Assembly (NCBI GenBank): GCA_016783545.1
Contig: JADHWJ010000003.1
Location: 1,490-65,489 of the forward strand
Origin: Candidatus Aenigmatarchaeota archaeon
GTDB taxonomy: Archaea; Aenigmatarchaeota; Aenigmatarchaeia; QMZP01
DNA length: 64,000 bases
Direction: 5' to 3'
Made by a program: the position numbers and the translations under genes. Of this stretch, positions 29,522-39,033 are shown one piece after another. Within the stretch, counting starts at the first letter, position 1, and the number at the start of each line of letters is the position of its first letter. The notes under the pieces were generated by a model. That model worked only from the letters and a program-made list of their open reading frames with translations. It did no database searches and had not been told where the DNA came from.

Positions 29522-32137
29522 TTATTTCTTATCTTCCAATGCTGCATGTGCAGCTGCTAACCTTGCGATTGGTACTCTGAACGGACTACAAGAAACATCA
29601 TTTAATCCAATTCTATGACAGAACTTTACGCTTTCTGCCTCTCCACCATGCTCACCGCAGATGCCTATCTCAAGCTTTGGATTAATCTTTCTTGCTTTTT
29701 CAATGCAAATCTTCATCATCTCACCAACACCTGTCTGATCAATGCTCTGGAAAGGATCTCTTTCATATATCTTGTTTTCAACATAAGCTGGAAGGAACTT
29801 TCCTGCATCATCTCTTGAGAAACCGCATGTCATCTGTGTAAGGTCATTTGTTCCAAAAGACATAAAGTCTACTTCCGGAGCAATCTCATCTGCTGTAAGA
29901 GCTGCTCTTGGAACCTCAATCATTGTTCCTATTTTATAATCATTTTCACCAAGCTCTTCAGCAACCTTTGTAACGATATTTTTAATCATCATGTATTCAT
30001 TTACATTTCCAATAAGTGGAACTTCTATCCATGGCTTTGGTTTCAATCCTTCTTTTCTACATTCCTGAGCAGCCATTAGAATAGCTCTTGCCTGCATTTC
30101 ATTTATCTCTGGATATGTAACACCAAGTCTACATCCTCTGAAACCAAGCATTGGGTTAAATTCATGAAGGGATTCAATAATACTCTTTATTTTTTCAGCT
30201 GTTGCACCCATCTCTTTTGCTAACGATTGAATATCCCTATCCTCTTTTGGAAGGAATTCATGTAGAGGAGGATCCAGTAGTCTGATTATAACAGGCATGT
30301 TATCCATTACTTTGAATATTCCCTTGAAATCTTCTTTCTGCATTGGAAGCAGTTTTTCTAAAGCCTTTTTTCTATCTTCCACATTCTCAGCAAGTATCAT
30401 CTCTCTAACAGCCTTAATTCTTGACTCTTCAAAAAACATATGCTCTGTTCTGCAAAGTCCAATACCTTCTGCACCATAATCCTTTGCAACCTGTGCATCT
30501 TTTGGTGTGTCAGCATTTGTTTTAACAGAAAGTTTTCTAAAAGAATCTGCCCAGCTCATTAACTCTGAAAATTCACCTTTCATTTCAGGTTCTACTAGCT
30601 TTAGTTCGTCTTCATAAACAAGACCTTCTGAACCATTAAGTGTTATTATATCACCTTCTTTCAAAACTTTACCTGTTGCTTTGATTTTCATCTCTTTCTT
30701 CTCTTCATTCACTTCAATATCAGAAGAACCAGCAACACAACACTTACCCATACCTCTTGCAACAACAGCAGCGTGAGACGTTTGACCCCCTCTTGCTGTT
30801 AGAATTCCCTGAGCAGTATGCATTCCCTCAATATCTTCAGGTGAAGTCTCAACTCTAACCAAAACAACCTTTTCCCCATTTTCATTCATCTCAACTGCTC
30901 TTTCTGCAGTGAAAACAATCTTTCCAACAGCTGCGCCAGGTGAAGCTGGCAAACCCTTTGCTATTGGTTCAGCGCTTTCGTTTGGATCTATCTGCTTGTG
31001 CAAAAGCTGGTCTAATTGCTCTGGATTCACTCTTATAACAGCATCTTCCTTTGATATTAACTTTTCTTTGAACATGTCAACTGCTATCTTAACAGCAGCC
31101 TGTGCTGTTCTTTTTCCCTTTCTTGTTTGGAGTAAGAATAATTTTTCATTTTCAATAGTAAACTCAAAATCCTGCATCTCTTTGTAATGCTTCTCTAATT
31201 TTTCATATACTGTAAGAAGCTGTTCATAGACTTTTGGCATTACCTTTTTCAATTCATCAATTGGTTGTGGTGTTCTAATACCAGCAACAACATCCTCACC
31301 CTGAGCATTTATCAAGAATTCTCCATAATGCTCTTTTTCACCTGTTGATGGGTTTCTTGTGAATGAAACACCTGTTCCTGATGTCTCTCCTCTATTACCA
31401 AAAACCATTGCCTGAACATTAACACCTGTTCCTGCATCATCTCTTAGCTTGTTTATCCTTCTGTATTTGATTGCTCTTTCATTATTCCAGGAATTAAATA
31501 CAGCATCAATAGACATCTTTAGTTGTTCATATGCATCTGTTGGGAAATCTTTTCCAGAATCCTTTTTAACAGTTGCTTTGTGCAGTTCTACAATTTTCTT
31601 TAGATCTTCTACATCAAGGTCAGTATCTTGTTCCACGCCTTTTTCTTCTTTGACCTTTTCAAGATTTTTCTCAAAATCAGCATGCTTGACTTCCATTACA
31701 ACATCACCAAACATCTGGATGAATCTTCTGTAAGAGTCCCATGCAGCTCTTTCTCCGATTATCTTTGCCAGACCTTCTACAACAGTATCATTCAATCCCA
31801 GATTTAATACAGTATCCATCATACCTGGCATTGAAACATAAGAACCTGAACGAACAGAAACAAGAAGTGGGTTTTCAGGGTCACCAAGCTTTTTGTTCAT
31901 AAGCTTTTCTAATTTTGCAAGCTTTTCCTTTACCTGATCTTCCAGACCAGAAGGCCATTTCTCTTTTTCAACATAAAATTGATTGCATGCATTTGTTGTT
32001 ATTGTAAATCCCTGTGGAACAGGCAGACCAGCAGTTGTCATTTCAGCTAACTGAGCGCCTTTATTTCCTAATAGAAATATCATTTTCTCTGTATTTGCAT
32101 CCTTTACTTCATCAAAACTATAAACCCATTGTGTCAT
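29522..32137 (-). CDS. ppdK: Pyruvate phosphate dikinase
   Basis: SMPGMMDTVLNLG, GGQTSHAAVVARG, GLCRTEHMF, GTNDLTQ, ICGEHGG. Confidence 0.97.
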   Translation of the reverse strand: MTQWVYSFDEVKDANTEKMIFLLGNKGAQLAEMTTAGLPVPQGFTITTNACNQFYVEKEKWPSGLEDQVKEKLAKLEKLMNKKLGDPENPLLVSVRSGSYVSMPGMMDTVLNLGLNDTVVEGLAKIIGERAAWDSYRRFIQMFGDVVMEVKHADFEKNLEKVKEEKGVEQDTDLDVEDLKKIVELHKATVKKDSGKDFPTDAYEQLKMSIDAVFNSWNNERAIKYRRINKLRDDAGTGVNVQAMVFGNRGETSGTGVSFTRNPSTGEKEHYGEFLINAQGEDVVAGIRTPQPIDELKKVMPKVYEQLLTVYEKLEKHYKEMQDFEFTIENEKLFLLQTRKGKRTAQAAVKIAVDMFKEKLISKEDAVIRVNPEQLDQLLHKQIDPNESAEPIAKGLPASPGAAVGKIVFTAERAVEMNENGEKVVLVRVETSPEDIEGMHTAQGILTARGGQTSHAAVVARGMGKCCVAGSSDIEVNEEKKEMKIKATGKVLKEGDIITLNGSEGLVYEDELKLVEPEMKGEFSELMSWADSFRKLSVKTNADTPKDAQVAKDYGAEGIGLCRTEHMFFEESRIKAVREMILAENVEDRKKALEKLLPMQKEDFKGIFKVMDNMPVIIRLLDPPLHEFLPKEDRDIQSLAKEMGATAEKIKSIIESLHEFNPMLGFRGCRLGVTYPEINEMQARAILMAAQECRKEGLKPKPWIEVPLIGNVNEYMMIKNIVTKVAEELGENDYKIGTMIEVPRAALTADEIAPEVDFMSFGTNDLTQMTCGFSRDDAGKFLPAYVENKIYERDPFQSIDQTGVGEMMKICIEKARKINPKLEIGICGEHGGEAESVKFCHRIGLNDVSCSPFRVPIARLAAAHAALEDKK

Positions 32138-32194
32138 GTATCCACCAAGAATAATATAATTGAAAACAAAATTATTTAAATGATTATTAAAAAA

Positions 32195-32690
32195 CACCGT
32201 TAAATTGACAGTATAACAGAATATCAGGGATATTCTGCCCGTTTGGGAGGCTCTCCTTCACTGAGATCTAGTAACCTGGTCCTTCGTAAGGCTCAACATA
32301 ATCAGGGTCTGGTGCATTCAACGATTTCCATACTTCCTTTCCTATTTCTACGAGATAAAGGATGAAAGGAGAAACCAGTAAAGTGAGAAAGAATGTTACA
32401 GGAAGCATCAGAGGATGGAAAGCCAATTTTCCATATCTCAGACATTTTTCTAACACTGGTTTCCACATATCAATGTAAAAGGGTTCCGCGAGTAGGGGGA
32501 GAAATGGTAAAGAGAAGAGAAAAAGCAAAGCAAAGCAGCCCCAGAAACTCGGTGTTTCTTCTTTTTCCGATGTATCCATCATATACCCTTTCTAAACAAA
32601 AGACAAGAAAAGAGAGGAAAGCAACATACTGAAAACTGTTACTATCTTATCTGTTCTCTCTTGGAAACTGTAAAAAGTAAATATGATGTT
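32195..32690 (-). mobile_element. Putative cassette 4 (single membrane ORFan)
   Basis: Leader similar to cassette 1; hairpin GCAGAATATC-CCT-GATATTCTGT (32238-32216) directly followed by TATACTGTCAATTTAACGGTG. Confidence 0.6.
32268..32582 (-). CDS. Hypothetical 2-TM membrane protein (cassette cargo)
   Basis: AAAGGG SD, two hydrophobic helices. Confidence 0.65.
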   Translation of the reverse strand: MMDTSEKEETPSFWGCFALLFLFSLPFLPLLAEPFYIDMWKPVLEKCLRYGKLAFHPLMLPVTFFLTLLVSPFILYLVEIGKEVWKSLNAPDPDYVEPYEGPGY

Positions 32691-32725
32691 TTATTCTTAA
32701 ATTACAAGTTTAAATCTTTAATTAT

Positions 32726-33133
32726 ATGTCAGAATTCAGTCTTTTAGAGGAATGTAAGAAATGCGGAGCAAAATGTTGTAAATCAGGTACACCTATACTT
32801 CTACCATGGGAAAGGGATAAGATAGTAAAGGAAACGGGCAGAGATGTCTTTGAAAAGGCAGCGAAATGGTATATTTTCAACAAGGAAAATGGGGAACCTT
32901 GTCCTTTTTTGAAGAATGATCTTTGTACAATAGAAGAGATAAAACCTATAAACTGCAAGGCTTTTCCTGCAGTCATTTTTGGTGGGATAAACCCTGAAAA
33001 AACAGTGAAAACCTGTCCAATAAAAAAACTTCCAATGGATTTTGTTGAGAATGTGGATAAATTAAGGAAGCAATTGGAAATGTCCTTAGATAGATGGAAA
33101 GAGTATATGGATGACTGTGAAAAAGCTTTATAA
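32726..33133 (+). CDS. YkgJ family cysteine cluster protein
   Basis: CKKCGAKCC, PCPFL..LCTI..IKP.NCKAFP. Confidence 0.88.
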   Translation: MSEFSLLEECKKCGAKCCKSGTPILLPWERDKIVKETGRDVFEKAAKWYIFNKENGEPCPFLKNDLCTIEEIKPINCKAFPAVIFGGINPEKTVKTCPIKKLPMDFVENVDKLRKQLEMSLDRWKEYMDDCEKAL

Positions 33134-33216
33134 GCAAAAAACCAATGAATTCTTTCAGCCATTAGATTATTCAAAGACTTTCTTCAACCGTCTTTTGAAA
33201 ATCTTAGGAGAACAAG

Positions 33217-33450
33217 ATGAATCATCTACTTCTAATCACAATTGTTGTGATCATCAACTATCCTCTTCTCAGGTATGCACTCTATGTAGATTTCAATCTT
33301 ACGAAGCACTGGAAAGCCGTGAAACCGGAAACAGAAGAGGAACGAATGGCCAATAATGCATCATATTGGTTAACACGCATCTTCATGTTCGGATGCTTCC
33401 TTGTATTGATCTTTTGGCTCGATTGGATACTCTTTAAGAAGATCGTCTAA
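33217..33450 (+). CDS. Small 2-TM membrane protein (paralog A)
   Basis: AGGAG SD; MNHLLLITIVVIINYPLL. Confidence 0.7.
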   Translation: MNHLLLITIVVIINYPLLRYALYVDFNLTKHWKAVKPETEEERMANNASYWLTRIFMFGCFLVLIFWLDWILFKKIV

Positions 33451-33459
33451 GGAGCGGAT

Positions 33460-33699
33460 ATGAAACATCTACTTCTAATCGCAATTGTTGTGATCATCAA
33501 CTATCCGCTACTCGATGCCTTACTCGAGAATGATAGAAACATCAAGTGGAAATGGGAAAGGCAGAGAAAACCGATGATTTTTCCAGGAATGGAAAAACTT
33601 AACTCGGCTGTTATCTTTGTTGCACGCATTTTCATTTTCATATTCTTCAGCATATTGTTCTTTCTGTTTGACATGAAGATCTATAACATGATATTCTGA
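33460..33699 (+). CDS. Small 2-TM membrane protein (paralog B)
   Basis: AGGAG SD; first 47 nt differ from paralog A at 2 positions. Confidence 0.7.
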   Translation: MKHLLLIAIVVIINYPLLDALLENDRNIKWKWERQRKPMIFPGMEKLNSAVIFVARIFIFIFFSILFFLFDMKIYNMIF

Positions 33700-33801
33700 A
33701 AGGAGAGTGGGACAGATGGCTTCGACCTGATTGTCCCATTATATTGTCATGTTAGCGGTGTATATAAAAATATTAATATATCAGAAAGATAAAGTGTTGT
33801 T

Positions 33802-34695
33802 ATGGACGCTAAGATTCTAGAAAAATACAAGAAAGCAGGGCAGATAGCAGCTCATGTAAGAGCTGAAACAGAAAAGAAACTGAAACCAGGCATGAAGCTC
33901 TTAGAGATTGCAGAATTTATTGAATCTTCTATTAGGAAGAAAGGTGGAGAACCAGCATTTCCAGTAAATCTCTCACTAAATGAAATTGCTGCTCATTATA
34001 CACCTGTATACAAGGATGAAACCACTGTAGAAGCAGGTGATCTTCTTAAGATAGATATTGGAGTTCATGTTGACGGATATATAGGGGACCTGGCATTTAC
34101 ATGGTGTTCTGAGAAGAATCCTTTGATTAAAGCTGCTGAGAAGTGCTTGGGGATAGGCATAAAGGTATCAAAACCTGGTGTAACGGTGTCCGAGCTAGGA
34201 AAAGCCATAGAGGATGCCTCTAAAGAGCAAGGTATAGGTCTTATAATGAATTTAACAGGCCATACCCTGGACAAATTTAAGTTCCATGGAGACCCAATTA
34301 TCCCTAATAAAGAGACAGGAAATACACATGCCTTCAAAGAAGGAGATATTATAGCATTGGAACCATTTACTGTTGAAAGCAATGGTTGGGTAAATGAATC
34401 AGCGCCTACAGAGATATACAAGCACGTCATGGACAGACCAGTTAGGTTAAAAGAGGCAAGGGAAATTCTTTTAATGGGAAGAGATCAATTCCACAGCCTT
34501 CCATTTGCAAAAAGATGGTTATATGATAAATACAGCCCTGTAAAAGTTGCGATGTCGCTGAGGCAACTAGAAGCTGCATATGCTGTTGAGGGTTTTCCTG
34601 TGCTAAAGGAAAAGGATGGAAAAAAGATAGCACAGGCAGAGCACACAATAATTGTTGGAGAAAAGCCGTTGGTTACAACTGAATTAAAGGATTAG
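33802..34695 (+). CDS. map: Methionine aminopeptidase type II
   Basis: AFPVNLSLNEIAAHYTP, KIDIGVHVDGYIGD, LTGH, AQAEHT. Confidence 0.96.
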   Translation: MDAKILEKYKKAGQIAAHVRAETEKKLKPGMKLLEIAEFIESSIRKKGGEPAFPVNLSLNEIAAHYTPVYKDETTVEAGDLLKIDIGVHVDGYIGDLAFTWCSEKNPLIKAAEKCLGIGIKVSKPGVTVSELGKAIEDASKEQGIGLIMNLTGHTLDKFKFHGDPIIPNKETGNTHAFKEGDIIALEPFTVESNGWVNESAPTEIYKHVMDRPVRLKEAREILLMGRDQFHSLPFAKRWLYDKYSPVKVAMSLRQLEAAYAVEGFPVLKEKDGKKIAQAEHTIIVGEKPLVTTELKD

Positions 34696-36869
34696 CTTGA
34701 CCACACAACAACCGTTATCTTATTACTATTATGGGAAGAACCACCTGTTGTAACCGCTTTCAGATAGACTTCAATAATACCCTGACTATCTATTAAATAC
34801 CCTGGATCTACATAAGGATAGTATAGATTACAATCTGTAAAGTCAGGTGATAAGCATCTTTCTCCAGGGTTTTGTAATTGTGGGTCATAATAACCACCAA
34901 ACCATCTCAGTTCTCTTAGATCACTATCTATAAAGCCAACATCAGTATCCCTCTCAAACAATACCTGTACTCTATAATCCAGACCGTCTAAAAATTCAAG
35001 ATCGAACATACCTGGATTTAAAACAGCTTTAGATAGATCAACAAATAATCTATAGTAATCTAAAGCAACTTCTTTAGTATAGAAAACTTCATCAATATAT
35101 CCACCACTACTATCTGTTATTATAATCTTTGGTAGATAATCATCTATGTTTACAAAATTTCCTCTTGTAACACATTGATTTGAATCAATATCACATCTAC
35201 CATCACATAGTGTGGTAGTATGACTGAGTTCATTGCCATCACAATCATATACTCTAAATCCTTGTGTGTATTTCCCACCGTCTGTTGCAGCGCCAACACA
35301 GTCATCATAATAACGTTCTGTGCAAGCCGCAGCGCCATCATCATAATCTATGCAGCTTGAACATGTGAATTCACATCTTCCTGTCAACTTATTACAGCTA
35401 TAGTCAGATCCTAAAACAGCTGAACATGAATCACAGCCTGGTAATATACCACCACAACCATTATCAAAATCATCATCACCGCATTCAACTTCTGTTCCTA
35501 TGAAATCATCACATGTTTTGCATTCTAAACAGTCTCCAGATATACAATTAAATCCTGCGGGGCAGTCACCACTAAGACCACCACAGCTCAAATATCCGCA
35601 TTCAGGATCCATACCGCACTCATTATCACCACAATCGGGATCACAGCATATACCACCTATATCCATTCCAACACCGCATTCACATTGCCCGCCAATACAA
35701 ACAAAACCAGCACTAGAATCACATGTCCCACAAGAGCCACCGCAGCCATCGTCTCCACATAACTTGCCATCGCAATTTGGTACGCATGGTATTTTCTCAC
35801 ACTTGTTACTGACACACTCATAACCATCATCACAAGAACCACAATCAAGTTCCCCTCCGCAGCCGTCATCAGACCATGTTCCACATTCCAAGCCTAGACC
35901 ACTGCAACTCAATGGATTAGCACAAACACATTCATATACCTGAATACCTGTAGGCTTTGTAACTTTCTTGCATATATCTCCATCATCACAGTTACCGCAA
36001 TTAATTGTACCGCCACAGCCATTAAGTAATGATCCACAATACATCGGAATATCACGTGTCAGGCAATCAGCAACTGTCAATGGCTCGCAAACACATCGGC
36101 CACTTATACAACTGGACCTTGGATTATCGCAGGTACCGCAATTAATTGTACCGCCACAGCCATCACTATATGGTCCGCCACACTCTCTTCCTAATGACTC
36201 ACATGTAATCGGTTCAGTGCAATCACATACACCTGTTTCTTGATTGCAAGACTCTCTCGCACCTGGACACTCTCCATCAAAATCCCCACAAAGAAGCTCT
36301 CCGCAATGATCAGTACCGCATTCCCTGGTTCCGCAGTCTGGCTGGCATTCGCAATATCCGAACTTAAAATCAGTCTTTTTCTCGCATTTATTGCCTTTAC
36401 AACTTAGGGCACCATCTCCCTGGGTATTAGCAACCCAGCCTTCAGGGCAGTCCAGCTTTTTGCTAACCATCTGGAATTTACTACCTTTCCGCTGGCAGTA
36501 ACCTTCTTCAATTGTATTGCTATCTATCTTTTTGTCAGCTATACACTTCCATTTCCATTTGCCTTTTTCTTTCACCTTTCCACAGACAATTCCACCATAG
36601 AACTCATCATTCCCTAAAGTAAGGGTTTTCCTTGGATTACCCTTGGAAGCATTATCAAATTCAAAACTACCCATTGCTAAATAATTATAATCTCTGCAAT
36701 TATCGCCTCTCACCTTCATTCTAAACTGACCTAAAGGATCTGTTAGATCAATACCCAATTCATCAGCAAAAACAATAATAGAAACAAATGCAACAGCGAC
36801 TATTGCTATTATAGCTATTGGTAATAATTTTTTTATCTGAGTATTTTTCACTACTTTCTTTTTTAGCAT
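34692..36869 (-). CDS. Cysteine-rich repeat surface protein
   Basis: N-terminal TM; many CGxxxDGCGGxxxCGxC repeats. Confidence 0.85.
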   Translation of the reverse strand: MLKKKVVKNTQIKKLLPIAIIAIVAVAFVSIIVFADELGIDLTDPLGQFRMKVRGDNCRDYNYLAMGSFEFDNASKGNPRKTLTLGNDEFYGGIVCGKVKEKGKWKWKCIADKKIDSNTIEEGYCQRKGSKFQMVSKKLDCPEGWVANTQGDGALSCKGNKCEKKTDFKFGYCECQPDCGTRECGTDHCGELLCGDFDGECPGARESCNQETGVCDCTEPITCESLGRECGGPYSDGCGGTINCGTCDNPRSSCISGRCVCEPLTVADCLTRDIPMYCGSLLNGCGGTINCGNCDDGDICKKVTKPTGIQVYECVCANPLSCSGLGLECGTWSDDGCGGELDCGSCDDGYECVSNKCEKIPCVPNCDGKLCGDDGCGGSCGTCDSSAGFVCIGGQCECGVGMDIGGICCDPDCGDNECGMDPECGYLSCGGLSGDCPAGFNCISGDCLECKTCDDFIGTEVECGDDDFDNGCGGILPGCDSCSAVLGSDYSCNKLTGRCEFTCSSCIDYDDGAAACTERYYDDCVGAATDGGKYTQGFRVYDCDGNELSHTTTLCDGRCDIDSNQCVTRGNFVNIDDYLPKIIITDSSGGYIDEVFYTKEVALDYYRLFVDLSKAVLNPGMFDLEFLDGLDYRVQVLFERDTDVGFIDSDLRELRWFGGYYDPQLQNPGERCLSPDFTDCNLYYPYVDPGYLIDSQGIIEVYLKAVTTGGSSHNSNKITVVVWSS

Positions 36870-36965
36870 TAATATATACTTTGGTTTTTATTTTATTTAA
36901 ATATGATAAAGGGATTTCGAATTGGTGAAGCATATTAATTAAAAGATTCAATTCCAAGTTTTAGT

Positions 36966-37409
36966 ATGCCTAAAATAGGTCCTGGTGTTGGAGTAGCTGC
37001 AATGATTGTAAAGGATGGGAATGTGCTTCTTGGTAAAAGGCATGATGATCCTGAAAAAGCTGATTCTCTTATGCATGGTGAAGGTACATGGACAATGCCT
37101 GGCGGTAAATTGGATTTTGGTGAAGGCCTTATCAATGGTGTTTGCAGAGAAGTATCTGAAGAAACCAGTTTAGAACTGGATAAAGAAAAGATTAAATTGT
37201 TTAGCATTGGAAATGAGATAGTACATGATGCTCATTTTATAACACTTGGCTTTCTTTCTAAGGACTTTCAAGGTGAAGCTGAAATAATGGAACCTGATGA
37301 GATAACAGAATGGAGGTGGTTTCCATTGGATAGTCCACCAGAACCAATGTTTCCACCAGCTGAGAAGATGTTAAAGAACTATTTAGACAAGGAATTGTAT
37401 AAACACTGA
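36966..37409 (+). CDS. NUDIX hydrolase
   Basis: PGGKLDFGE....VCREVSEET. Confidence 0.9.
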   Translation: MPKIGPGVGVAAMIVKDGNVLLGKRHDDPEKADSLMHGEGTWTMPGGKLDFGEGLINGVCREVSEETSLELDKEKIKLFSIGNEIVHDAHFITLGFLSKDFQGEAEIMEPDEITEWRWFPLDSPPEPMFPPAEKMLKNYLDKELYKH

Positions 37410-37411
37410 TT

Positions 37412-37576
37412 TTAATTGCTCAGAACTGACTCTTCGTCCATATCTATTTCTTCTCTGCCTGCAACAACCCCGAACTTTGAGAAAATAGAACTACATTGCG
37501 GACATCTGAACACATCTGGATCAGTCTCCCAATTCTTACCCTTAGTTCCGCAGAAAGGACAATTATTATTAAACAT
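37412..37576 (-). CDS. Small zinc-ribbon protein, 54 aa (not in ORF track)
   Basis: MFNNNCPFCG...FRCPQCSS. Confidence 0.65.
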   Translation of the reverse strand: MFNNNCPFCGTKGKNWETDPDVFRCPQCSSIFSKFGVVAGREEIDMDEESVLSN

Positions 37577-37605
37577 GCAAATCAATAAACTATATTGTTA
37601 ATTAA

Positions 37606-37920
37606 CTATTTATTCTTTACATGGAGTCCTTGTTTTTCTGCATTTTTAAGGATTTCCAATCTCTTTTTCTTCCCAACACCAGAAGCAATTAATAGAATAC
37701 CTTTCTTGTCTGTTTTTTTAAGATCTGAAACATTAAAAACTCTGAATATTTTCTTTCCACCAACTGTTCCTCTTATAGAACTTGGTTTTTTATAGCCTAC
37801 TATAGGCATCTTTCCTCTCCCTTTTAATTTTTTCTTTAGTTTGTTATCTAAGCCCCTTGGCTTTCTCCAAACTTTTTTTAGTTTTTTGTTACTCTGTTTT
37901 GCTCTTTTGAATATTTTCAT
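37606..37920 (-). CDS. rpl32e: 50S ribosomal protein eL32
   Basis: WRKPRGLDNK, IASGVGKKKR.EI. Confidence 0.9.
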   Translation of the reverse strand: MKIFKRAKQSNKKLKKVWRKPRGLDNKLKKKLKGRGKMPIVGYKKPSSIRGTVGGKKIFRVFNVSDLKKTDKKGILLIASGVGKKKRLEILKNAEKQGLHVKNK

Positions 37921-37926
37921 AATAAC

Positions 37927-39033
37927 CTAGTTGTTTTTATCCTTGACAATATGTTTTGAATGACGCCATGCCGTTGATGTAGATATATTTAGTTTTTTTC
38001 CTATACCAGAATAGCTTAGCTCATTTTTCCTCAATTCTATTATTTTTGATTTCAACATTGAAACTTTCCAATTCGGAGTTTGATACATTTTATATCCATT
38101 AATTAAATTATACAAGTTCTCTTTTTTTCTTTTTATATTGAAATTAATACATTTAGCAAAATTTTCCAGTGGTCTTCTTGATTTAATAAATACACCAACT
38201 TTTCTAATACTTAGACCATCAATACCAACATCTTTTAGTAAGGAAGCTATCTCTTTTTTACCAATTTCATTTCTAGAACATAGAACCACACATTTTGTAG
38301 TATCGTAATTGGCAACAGATCCCTGAGAATCGGCCATTCCTTGGAGATATTTTGCTTTAATGTTTTTTGAAGCCTTTTTGATAACTTCTGGTATATCCCA
38401 AGTTTTTTCTTTAAAATTAGCATTATAATTTAGAATATCGTCACATACCGCTTTAGATTGTAAAATGCATTTATAATGTATTTTTGTATCACCTCTTCTC
38501 ATTTTTAGTTTTACGATTTTAGGTTTTATTCCATACGTAATATTTAAACATAGACTGAAATATTTAATAAAATCCAAGTCAGTAGCTTCAAGGGCAACTC
38601 TATGAACTCCATTGTCTTTCCTATACTCAATAAAACCATCTCCAGGTCCAACAACACCTAAAACATAAGCCTTTTCAGAAGTTAATTGATGATGTTTGTA
38701 GTTTAAAATTTTTTTAGGATCTCCTCGTTTTTTTAGATTAATATCCTCTTTATGTAAATGTCTTTGAACTGTAGAAAAACTAAAATCACAGTTTTGAGCT
38801 ATCTGATTTATTGACCATCCTTTTTTATACAATTCGACAAACCTTCTATGTAGGTATATGTTAACTGCATCCTTTGGGGATATCCTAAATCTTACATTCT
38901 TTTTTAATAAATTATTCCTTACACTAGTCTTACTCATACCTATTTTTTTGGATATTTTATCTGTTCCCAGACCCTTTTTATATAACAATACCATCGATTT
39001 CTGTAAGCCTTCTGAACTTTTCTTATTGATCAT
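37927..39033 (-). CDS. Free-standing LAGLIDADG homing endonuclease-like protein with HTH domains
   Basis: AYVLGVVGPGDG and KYLQGMADSQGSV motifs; two N-terminal and one C-terminal HTH-like segments; no intein splice residues. Confidence 0.85.
   Translation of the reverse strand: MINKKSSEGLQKSMVLLYKKGLGTDKISKKIGMSKTSVRNNLLKKNVRFRISPKDAVNIYLHRRFVELYKKGWSINQIAQNCDFSFSTVQRHLHKEDINLKKRGDPKKILNYKHHQLTSEKAYVLGVVGPGDGFIEYRKDNGVHRVALEATDLDFIKYFSLCLNITYGIKPKIVKLKMRRGDTKIHYKCILQSKAVCDDILNYNANFKEKTWDIPEVIKKASKNIKAKYLQGMADSQGSVANYDTTKCVVLCSRNEIGKKEIASLLKDVGIDGLSIRKVGVFIKSRRPLENFAKCINFNIKRKKENLYNLINGYKMYQTPNWKVSMLKSKIIELRKNELSYSGIGKKLNISTSTAWRHSKHIVKDKNN

Larger units (their letters stand above)
33150..33760 (+). 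mobile_element. Putative cassette 5 (two paralogous small membrane genes)
   Basis: Leader homologous to cassette 3; hairpin GTGGGACA..TGTCCCAT directly followed by TATATTGTCATGTTAGCGGTG (33740-33760). Confidence 0.6.

Noticed and set aside
33217-33510. DGR template/variable repeat pair
   Set aside because: Only 47 nt at N-termini with two mismatches, and no RT nearby
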